Below are positions 35,272 through 42,126 of a stretch of 43,768 bases of DNA, piece after piece. The stretch comes from Vulcanimicrobiaceae bacterium. Its GTDB lineage: Bacteria > Vulcanimicrobiota > Vulcanimicrobiia > Vulcanimicrobiales > Vulcanimicrobiaceae. Location of the stretch: NCBI GenBank assembly GCA_051986335.1, contig JBPYDW010000272.1, forward strand, positions 1 through 43,768, read 5' to 3'. The notes below the pieces were generated by a model, which made no database searches, was not told the origin of the DNA, and was given only the letters and a program-made list of their open reading frames with translations. The translations under genes were made by a program, and so were the position numbers. Each line of letters begins with the position of its first letter. The first letter of the stretch is position 1.

Positions 35272-36056
35272 CCCGACCGTTTCGCCGGCGCAGCGTTCCG
35301 GCGCTGGACTTTGACGACGTCCTCTACGGAATCCACGCCGTCGACGAAGCGCTAAGCGCGGGCGAGGCCCTGCGAGCGGTTCACGTCGCCGACGATCGCA
35401 AACGCGATCCGCAGCTCCGCAAGTTGCTGGAGCGCGCCAAAGCCTTGAACGTGCCGGTGCGCTTCGAGAACCGAACCTGGTTCTCGCGACTTCCGTACAA
35501 GGCACATCAGGGGTTGGTGGCGATCGGACCGCCGTTTGCCTATGCCAGCCTCTACGACGTGTTGCGTCCGCGCGCCGATGGCCGCCCCCATCTTTTCGTG
35601 GTCGTAGATCACGTCACCGATCCGCACAATCTCGGCGCGATCGTTCGCACCGCCGAGTGCGCCGGCGTCGACGCGGTCGTCATTCCGGAGCGCCGCGCGG
35701 CCGGCGTCAACGCCACCGTGCGCAAGGCGGCCGCCGGAGCCACCGAGCATCTCCCGGTCGTTCGCGTCGCAAATATCGCCGACGCGATTCGCCGGCTGAA
35801 GAAGGCGAACGTCTGGGTGGCGGGTGCGGATGCCGGCGAGGGATCGGTCGAAATGACCGCAGCCGATTTGCATCGAGACCTCGCCTTGGTCATCGGAGCA
35901 GAAGGCGAAGGCTTGGCAGCTCTCGTCCGGCGCGAATGCGACTACCTGGTGCGGATCCCGCTCTTCGGTCGGGTGGCCTCGCTCAACGCTTCGGTCGCCG
36001 CGGCCGTCCTGCTCTACGAGGCAGTCAGGCAGAGAGGGTGCGACTCCTCTCCTTGA
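35253..36056 (+). CDS. rlmB: 23S rRNA (guanosine-2'-O)-methyltransferase RlmB (TrmH/SpoU family)
   Basis: Contains LYGIHAVDEAL (substrate-binding N-domain), DHVTDPHNLGAIVRTAE, LVIGAEGEGL and IPLFGRVASLNASVAAAV. I chose GTG 35253 (19-nt overlap with cysS); the track ATG at 35175 lies well inside cysS. Confidence 0.85.
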   Translation: MARRSVARPFRRRSVPALDFDDVLYGIHAVDEALSAGEALRAVHVADDRKRDPQLRKLLERAKALNVPVRFENRTWFSRLPYKAHQGLVAIGPPFAYASLYDVLRPRADGRPHLFVVVDHVTDPHNLGAIVRTAECAGVDAVVIPERRAAGVNATVRKAAAGATEHLPVVRVANIADAIRRLKKANVWVAGADAGEGSVEMTAADLHRDLALVIGAEGEGLAALVRRECDYLVRIPLFGRVASLNASVAAAVLLYEAVRQRGCDSSP

Positions 36057-36081
36057 CGCTGGAGGGGTGCCCTCCTATACT
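36053..36081 (+). promoter_or_regulatory. putative sigma-70 promoter of sigH
   Basis: TTGACG (36053-36058), a 17-nt spacer, then TATACT (36076-36081). The spacer holds the inverted repeat GGAGGG-gtg-CCCTCC. The -35 element overlaps the rlmB stop codon. The same hairpin followed by UAUACUAAU could instead act as a weak terminator of the upstream operon. Confidence 0.5.
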
Positions 36082-36161
36082 AATCCGGATGCGACGCGCT
36101 CGACGGGCCCCGGCCCGCGATTTGCCCGCATCGGTTCCCTAGAATAGAGGGCGAAGGCAAG

Positions 36162-36815
36162 ATGGCAATGACCCAGCCCGTTTCCGATGGACTGGAATAT
36201 CACGAGCGTCCGGACGAAGACCTCGTGGCCATCGCGAAAAGCGGCGATCCGCTCGCGATGGAGTACCTGCTCAACAAGTACAAGAATTTCGTTCGAATCA
36301 AGGCAAAATCGTACTTCCTGATCGGCGCGGACCGAGAGGACATCATACAAGAAGGTATGATCGGCCTCTATAAAGCCGTGCGCGACTTCAAGGCGGACAA
36401 ACTTTCCAGCTTCCGCGCATTCGCGGAACTCTGCATCACCCGCCAGATCATTACCGCGATCAAGACGGCGACGCGCCAGAAACACATTCCGCTCAATCAG
36501 TACATCTCACTCAATAAGCCGATCTATGACGAGGACAGCGAACGCACGCTGCTCGACGTGATGGCGTCGCAGAAGACTTCCGACCCCGAAGAGCTCGTGG
36601 TCACCCAGGAAGTCTCCGACGACATCCGCCAGCGCATCCGCCAAAATCTGTCGGAGTTGGAATCGCAGGTGCTTGAATCGTACCTCGAAGGCAAATCATA
36701 TCAAGAGATGGCACGCGATCTCGGGCGTCATGTGAAGTCGATTGATAACGCGCTGCAGCGCGTTAAGCGCAAGATTGAAAAGAATCTTGCGGAATTCGAG
36801 TTCCAGGGCGGCTAG
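36162..36815 (+). CDS. sigH: RNA polymerase sigma factor SigH (sigma-H / sigma-70 family group 3)
   Basis: Long blocks look essentially like Bacillus SigH as I remember it: SYFLIGADREDIIQEGMIGLYKAVRDFKADKLSSFRAFAELCITRQIITAIKTATRQKHIPLN, RTLLDV and RHVKSIDNALQRVKRKIEK. It lies downstream of cysS-rlmB, as in Bacillus. Confidence 0.9.
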   Translation: MAMTQPVSDGLEYHERPDEDLVAIAKSGDPLAMEYLLNKYKNFVRIKAKSYFLIGADREDIIQEGMIGLYKAVRDFKADKLSSFRAFAELCITRQIITAIKTATRQKHIPLNQYISLNKPIYDEDSERTLLDVMASQKTSDPEELVVTQEVSDDIRQRIRQNLSELESQVLESYLEGKSYQEMARDLGRHVKSIDNALQRVKRKIEKNLAEFEFQGG

Positions 36816-36837
36816 CGCCGATCGGGTAAAACAAGAA

Positions 36838-36875
36838 AGAGGCGTCGCACGTCGTGCGGCGCCTCTTCGTTTTTG
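36838..36875. terminator. strong bidirectional rho-independent terminator between the convergent sigH and cupredoxin genes
   Basis: AAGAGGCGUCGCA-cgucg-UGCGGCGCCUCUU forms a 13-bp stem (one G-U pair) followed by CGUUUUUG on the plus strand. The reverse reading is followed by UCUUGUUUUA. Confidence 0.75.
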
Positions 36876-36888
36876 ATACCGGTTGGAG

Positions 36889-37914
36889 CTAGCGCACTAC
36901 GATCGTACCCACCATGCCGAACTCGTCGTGGAACAGGCAGTAATACACGTACGTTCCAGGCTTGGTGAACGTAAGGCTGTAGCTGTTCGGCGGAACGCCT
37001 AGCGCCCCAACGGAAGACCCAAAGGGCCCAGAGTTCGTTAACACGCTGCCGTCGTACGTCGGCCCTCCGCTGGGCGGCGAGAACGGATTATTCGCAACGG
37101 CTGGGGGCAACGGTTGCCCCGCGACCGGGAAAGTGACCGTGTGCGGCTCGTTGTTCGTCTGATTCACCCAGGTTACCGTCGTGCCAACCGAAATAGTCGT
37201 CGTCGTCGCGTTGAGATTGTCTGCGTTCAGAAAGCGATACACGGTCGAGTTGGTCGGCGTTCCCGTTGACAACCCTGGCGAGATGCCGGCGACCAGCGTC
37301 GCTCCACCGTCGGCGTAGGGGAAAAGCGCGATGGATTTTTGTGCGGCCGAGAGGTCTGCGTTTGCCGCCTTGTTGCCCTGACCGCGGTACCAGCCTTGCG
37401 GATGCGGGTATCCCGTTCCAGCAGGCTGCACGATCACTTGTCCCACCATCTCCGGCGGATGCAAGAGGCAGTTGTACGTGTAGGTGCCGGGCTTGGGAAA
37501 CGTCAGCGTGTACGATTGTCCGGCGCCTAAGATGCCGGAGCTGGTGAACACCGATCCATCTTCCGTGCTTCCGCCGGCCGGGGTAGTCGGCGCGGTGAAC
37601 GGGCTCTGCCCGGGGAGCAGAAACGAGATGGTGTGAACGCTGGCTTGAACGTTCCAGGTGACGCTGTCACCCGCATTGATGGTTATTGCCGAGGAATAAA
37701 AATCGAGTCCCTGGAGAGCGTGATCTCTGCGATCGGCGCCAACGTTGACTTGCCAATTGCGCGCGCCGGCGACACCGGCGTGCATGGAGGATTCGTGCAA
37801 TCCTAAACTGTTTAGCGTCGACGTGGGCGAGCCGCTGCCGGTCGGCCCAGCTCCGCAGCCGCTAACGAGCACCGCCGCAAGAGCCGATGCTGCAAGGCGT
37901 GTTATTCTTACCAT
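36889..37914 (-). CDS. tandem-cupredoxin (two type-1 copper sites) lipoprotein
   Basis: Signal peptide with the lipobox LVSGC. Two domains each carry His...Cys-x2-His-x3/4-Met ligand sets: VHTISF...YNCLLHPPEMVGQVIV and PHTVTF...YYCLFHDEFGMVGTIVV. GAGGAG Shine-Dalgarno 8 nt upstream of ATG 37914. Confidence 0.8.
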   Translation of the reverse strand: MVRITRLAASALAAVLVSGCGAGPTGSGSPTSTLNSLGLHESSMHAGVAGARNWQVNVGADRRDHALQGLDFYSSAITINAGDSVTWNVQASVHTISFLLPGQSPFTAPTTPAGGSTEDGSVFTSSGILGAGQSYTLTFPKPGTYTYNCLLHPPEMVGQVIVQPAGTGYPHPQGWYRGQGNKAANADLSAAQKSIALFPYADGGATLVAGISPGLSTGTPTNSTVYRFLNADNLNATTTTISVGTTVTWVNQTNNEPHTVTFPVAGQPLPPAVANNPFSPPSGGPTYDGSVLTNSGPFGSSVGALGVPPNSYSLTFTKPGTYVYYCLFHDEFGMVGTIVVR

Positions 37915-37972
37915 TTGTACGACTCCTCGCCGGCGGTGAGCGTAGAGCCGCCCGGCAATTTCACACTAGACA

Positions 37973-38001
37973 GACGCCTGCGGGATTGCAACAGACTTAT
38001 G
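37973..38001 (-). promoter_or_regulatory. possible promoter of the cupredoxin gene
   Basis: The minus strand reads TTGCAA, a 17-nt spacer, then TAGTGT, about 55 nt upstream of the ATG. The -10 is weak and the evidence is sequence pattern only. Confidence 0.25.
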
Positions 38002-38027
38002 GCCCAAATTTTCGCCCGTGTGCGACG

Positions 38028-38363
38028 TCAGCGAGCGCCGAGCTTCTCCACGATATGCCGGTAGAGCGCTTCACGATCGTCGATCGGGTCGACGATCATG
38101 ACCTCTGGTTCGGGATCGCCAACGCGAGCGATGGCGACGGTGACGTGGCGGCGCGCGCAGACGTCCATGCAGGTCGTGCCGACCGCACGGACCTTGCCCC
38201 AGTAGCCATCTTCCTTGAGCTTGTCTTTCAACCAATCGCGCAAGTTGAAATCGCCGATGCGCTTTGCCGCATCGGGATCTTCGTCGGGAATGCGTTGCTT
38301 GAAGCACTTTTCGCACACGAGCACGAGCCCCGAATCGAGCCACTTTGGTTTGACGTCTTGCAT
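38028..38363 (-). CDS. thioredoxin-like [2Fe-2S] ferredoxin family protein (111 aa)
   Basis: Four Cys in a CxxC...CxxxC arrangement (VCEKC ... TCMDVC). The overall pattern resembles (2Fe-2S) ferredoxin-domain proteins of the TRX-like Fd family. Confidence 0.55.
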   Translation of the reverse strand: MQDVKPKWLDSGLVLVCEKCFKQRIPDEDPDAAKRIGDFNLRDWLKDKLKEDGYWGKVRAVGTTCMDVCARRHVTVAIARVGDPEPEVMIVDPIDDREALYRHIVEKLGAR

Positions 38364-38381
38364 GGACTCTCTATAAGAAAT

Positions 38382-38466
38382 TGGAGCCGACGGCCGGATT
38401 CGAACCGGCGATGTGTTTCCAACGGGATTACAAATCCCGCGCCTTCAACCACTCAGCCACGTCGGC
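38382..38466 (-). tRNA. 85-nt class-II tRNA with encoded CCA; the hand fold puts UGU (Thr) at positions 34-36 although the body is Tyr/Leu/Ser-like
   Basis: The minus strand reads GCCGACG UG GCU-GAGUGGUUGAA-GGC G CGGGA-UUUGUAA-UCCCG UUGGAAACACAUC GCCGG-UUCGAAU-CCGGC CGUCGGC U CCA. The acceptor, anticodon and T stems are perfect, and the T-loop GGUUCGAAUCC is canonical. Confidence 0.8.
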
Positions 38467-38532
38467 GGGTGCTGATTTCAGCCCGGCGGTTCGCCCCGGC
38501 TGGAGGGCGCGCCTGCGCCCAGGACACTCGCG

Positions 38533-39255
38533 CTAGTCGGGTGACTCCGCCGGTTCGGGTGTAGGTTGCGAGCGCTGCAGCGTCTGGGGATCGACGGCCG
38601 TGCAGCCGCTCTGCGTCAACGCATTTTCGCAGATGCGCACGTCGCGTAGGCCGGCGCCGGCCGTTTGCGCGCCCTGCAAATTGTCGCAGGAGACCTGGCG
38701 CTGCGCTTCGTTGAGCACGTACGTGCATAGGATCGCCCCATCGAGGTTCGCGCCGCGCAGATCGGCTTGGGAAAGGTTGGTCTGGATGAGCGGCAGCTGC
38801 GAAAGGTCGTGCCCGCTCAAATTACTCTTACTGAAGTTGCAGAGCACGCAGCCGGCGAGCAACGCGCGCAACTGAGCGTTGTCGACCTTTGCGTTGAAGC
38901 CGCCGAAGTTCGCCGCAACCATTTGCGCCCCGGTGAACGTTGCGCCGTCGAGCTTCGCACCGATGAAGTTGCACGCGGTGCAGTCGGCGCCGTCGAATGC
39001 GGCTCCGCGCAGATCGGTATCTAGGAAATTTGCTCCGATCAGCTTGGTGTTTCGAAACGACGCGTTACGCAGATCGGCACTCTCGAAATTGGTCCCGACG
39101 TAGATTCCATGGCTGAGGTCGGCGTCCTCGAGCTTGGCGCCGGCTAGATTACAACCGGAGCACAACTTTGGAAGGCTCGCCGGCGACGGCTGCGCCGGCG
39201 CTCCAGGGGCTGCCGCCACGAGCGCACCGGCTAAAAAGACGAACGCGAAACGCAC
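38533..39255 (-). CDS. secreted pentapeptide-repeat protein
   Basis: The GTG at 39255 gives the signal peptide VRFAFVFLAGALVAAAPGAPA. About 35 A(D/N)LxX pentapeptide units follow (NLAGAKLEDADLSHG..., ADLRNASFRNTKLIGANFLDTDLRGAAF...). The track start at 39612 lies inside the upstream gene. Confidence 0.85.
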   Translation of the reverse strand: MRFAFVFLAGALVAAAPGAPAQPSPASLPKLCSGCNLAGAKLEDADLSHGIYVGTNFESADLRNASFRNTKLIGANFLDTDLRGAAFDGADCTACNFIGAKLDGATFTGAQMVAANFGGFNAKVDNAQLRALLAGCVLCNFSKSNLSGHDLSQLPLIQTNLSQADLRGANLDGAILCTYVLNEAQRQVSCDNLQGAQTAGAGLRDVRICENALTQSGCTAVDPQTLQRSQPTPEPAESPD

Positions 39256-39287
39256 GACCGGTACGTTCGCGCCGGCGGCTGGTAATG

Positions 39288-40871
39288 CTAGCCCTTGAGC
39301 ATTTCGCGGGCGGCATTCCAGCCGCAAGCGCCCATCACGCCGCCGCCCGGATGCGTCGCGGCGCCGCAGAGGTAGAGATTCCTGACCGGCGTCTTGTAGC
39401 TGGCGTATCCCGGCACCGGGCGGAACATGAACAGTTCGTGCACCGGCATCGAACCCTGGAAAATATTGCCGCCGGTCAGGCCGAACTTCTCCTCGATGTC
39501 GACCGGACTGAGAATCTGTCGATCGATCACCGATGCGGTGAAGCCGGGCGCGTACTGCTCCACGATCTTGAAGCAGCGATCGGCGAAATCGTTCTTGATC
39601 GCGTCGGTCCACGGTCCGTCCTTGAGCTTGTACGGTGCGTACTGGACGAACATCGACATCAAGTGTTTGCCTTCAGGCGCAACCGTCGAATCCAAGGAAG
39701 AAGGCAGCGTGCATTCCACTACGGGCTCCTTGGACGGGCGTCCATATTTGGCATCGTCGTAAGCGCGCTCGATGAAGTCCTGGTCCGGACAGAGATGCAC
39801 CGTTCCGCGATGCTGCGGTCCGGGCTGCGTTCCCGGGCACGAGGTAAAGTCGGGAAGGTGCTCCAGCGCCACGTTGATTTTTACCGATGCGCTTTCGTAC
39901 GGAATGCGCTTGATCGCTGCGTAGAACTCCGGCGAAAGCGCCGCCGGATCCATGAATTTTTCGAACGTCAGATGACAGTCCACGCCGCTGGCAACTTTTT
40001 TGGCGTGGAATTCGTCGCCGTTCACGAGCGCGACGCCGGTCGCCGCGCCGTTCCTGGTGAGAATCTTGCCGACTTCGGCCTCGGTACGGATCTCGACACC
40101 GAGGTCGTTGGCTGCGCGCGCCAGCGCTTGGGTCAAGCCGCCCATGCCGCCGCGGACGTAACTCCAGACGCCGCGCTTTCCATTGGTCTCGCCCATGACG
40201 TGGTGGAAGAGCACGTAGGCGGTGCCGGGCATCGACGGCGCCATAAACGCACCGATGATCGCATCGGTCGCGAGCGTTCCTTTTAATTCTTCCGATTCAA
40301 ACCAGCGGTCGAGGATGGGGCGGGCGGCGCCGGTCAAGACCTCAACTGCCTCGCCCATGGCCGGGCCCAAGCGTTGCATGGCGCGACTCATCTTGCCCAT
40401 GGTGGCCAGATCGGCGAGCTTGGGTCGCAAGACGTTGGGCGGAATCTGAGTGAGCGTCGGCTCGACGACCGATGCGACCCGCTCGAGCATTTCGTTGTAG
40501 CGCAGATAATTGTCCGCATCGCGTTTGCTGAACTTCGAAATCTCGCGGACGTCGCTATTCTTATCGGCACCGAGCATAAGGTAGCGGCCGTCGAGAAACG
40601 GTGAAAACGATGCCGGATTGCGTTCGATCGCTTCAAAACCGTAGCTGCGCAATTTCAGATCGCGAATGATCTCCGGGCGAAAGAGGCTGTTGACGTAGGC
40701 AGCCGTCGAGACTTTAAAGCCGGGGAAGGTCTCTTCGCTGACGCAAGCGCCGCCGACGATGTAGCGGCGCTCCAACACCAGGACCTTCCACTTCGCACGG
40801 GCGAGATAGCAGGCCGTCACCAATCCGTTGTGCCCGCCTCCGATGACGATGGCGTCGTAGGTTGTCTTCAT
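39288..40871 (-). CDS. phytoene-desaturase (CrtI)-family NAD(P)/FAD-dependent oxidoreductase
   Basis: MKTTYDAIVIGGGHNGLVTACYLARAKWKVLVLERR carries the GxGxxG motif plus an acidic residue, and the C-terminus LYLCGAATHPGGGVMG is typical of the family. The ATG is at 40871. Confidence 0.8.
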   Translation of the reverse strand: MKTTYDAIVIGGGHNGLVTACYLARAKWKVLVLERRYIVGGACVSEETFPGFKVSTAAYVNSLFRPEIIRDLKLRSYGFEAIERNPASFSPFLDGRYLMLGADKNSDVREISKFSKRDADNYLRYNEMLERVASVVEPTLTQIPPNVLRPKLADLATMGKMSRAMQRLGPAMGEAVEVLTGAARPILDRWFESEELKGTLATDAIIGAFMAPSMPGTAYVLFHHVMGETNGKRGVWSYVRGGMGGLTQALARAANDLGVEIRTEAEVGKILTRNGAATGVALVNGDEFHAKKVASGVDCHLTFEKFMDPAALSPEFYAAIKRIPYESASVKINVALEHLPDFTSCPGTQPGPQHRGTVHLCPDQDFIERAYDDAKYGRPSKEPVVECTLPSSLDSTVAPEGKHLMSMFVQYAPYKLKDGPWTDAIKNDFADRCFKIVEQYAPGFTASVIDRQILSPVDIEEKFGLTGGNIFQGSMPVHELFMFRPVPGYASYKTPVRNLYLCGAATHPGGGVMGACGWNAAREMLKG

Positions 40872-40998
40872 GAACGGCGGTCCAATCTCGGCGTCATTTT
40901 CTCCTCGTATCGTTCGGGTAGACGCAGTTACGAGCAGAAGGATTGGGCCCCCTCTGCATGAATCAGCGAAGATAATTCGGCGCCGAGGGCAGCACACC

Positions 40999-42126
40999 AT
41001 GGCATCATTCGTCAAGCCAAGCGTGGGAGAGGGAGCAAAGACGCTCCCGGCGTCCTGGTATGTCTCGCCGGAAGCCTTCTCCGCCGAGCAGGAACGCATT
41101 TTTCGGCGCGACTGGATCTGCGTGGGGCGGGCCGAGCGTCTCGAACGGACCGGCGACTTCTTCCTAGCGAATGTCGGCGGCGAAAGCCTCATCATCACTC
41201 GCGATGCCGGCGACCGCACGCGCGCCTACTACAATGTTTGCCGGCATCGCGGCACGCGCATGTGCGAAGAAGAGTCCGGACACTTCAGCGGTTCGATCCA
41301 GTGCCCGTACCACGCCTGGACCTACGGCTTGGACGGTTCGCTGAAGGTCGCTCGAAACATGAGCGACGTTCCCGGCTTTGCAATCGAGGATTACCACTTG
41401 GGCGAAGCGGCGGTCGGCCTTTGGGAAGGCTTTCTCTTCGTTAACGTCGCTCTCGATCCCGAGCCGTTCGAAACAGCTTTTGCATCGCTGATCGGGCGCT
41501 TCGCAAAGTGGCACATCGGCGAACTGCGCGCGGCCCGTACGATCTCGTACGAACTGCGCTGCAATTGGAAGCTGATCTTCATGAATTATTCGGAGTGCTA
41601 CCACTGCCCGTTGGTGCATCCGCAACTGGACAAGCTCTCCCCTTCGGATAGCGGGCGCAACGACCTCGAGGAAGGGCCGTTCCTAGGCGGCTACTCCGAG
41701 CTGCGAAAGTCCGGCACCAGCCTCACCCTGAGCGGGACGACGACGCGCCCGCCGATCGGCGAGGTCGCCGGCGAAGAGCTCGACCGCATGTACTACTACA
41801 CGATCTTTCCGTCGATGATGTTGAGCTTGCATCCCGACTACGTGATGGTGCATTTCGTGAGACCGCTCGCCGTGGACCGTACCGAAGTGTTAAACGCATT
41901 CCTCTTCGACGCGAACGAGATCTCGAAACCCGGCTTCGATGCAAGCGACGTGGTGGACTTTTGGGACCTTACGAATCGCCAGGATTGGCACGTGAACGAG
42001 CTCACCCAACTCGGAATGGGCTCGCACGCGTATCGCCCGGGGCCGTATTCCAACGCGGAGGGTTTGCTCGCGGCGTTCGACCGGCACTACCAGCGCGTCA
42101 TGTCGCGTTCCGGTAACCGACTATAA
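40999..42126 (+). CDS. Rieske [2Fe-2S] non-heme-iron oxygenase, alpha-subunit type (choline/betaine-monooxygenase-like)
   Basis: Rieske motif CRHRGTRMC...CPYHAWTY and mononuclear-iron motif NWKLIFMNYSECYHCPLVHP. The ATG at 40999 gives MASFVKPS. Confidence 0.85.
   Translation: MASFVKPSVGEGAKTLPASWYVSPEAFSAEQERIFRRDWICVGRAERLERTGDFFLANVGGESLIITRDAGDRTRAYYNVCRHRGTRMCEEESGHFSGSIQCPYHAWTYGLDGSLKVARNMSDVPGFAIEDYHLGEAAVGLWEGFLFVNVALDPEPFETAFASLIGRFAKWHIGELRAARTISYELRCNWKLIFMNYSECYHCPLVHPQLDKLSPSDSGRNDLEEGPFLGGYSELRKSGTSLTLSGTTTRPPIGEVAGEELDRMYYYTIFPSMMLSLHPDYVMVHFVRPLAVDRTEVLNAFLFDANEISKPGFDASDVVDFWDLTNRQDWHVNELTQLGMGSHAYRPGPYSNAEGLLAAFDRHYQRVMSRSGNRL

Noticed and set aside
39168-40286. A 372-aa plus-strand ORF.
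   Set aside because: It is antisense to the CrtI-like flavoprotein and the 5' part of the pentapeptide gene, with no motifs.
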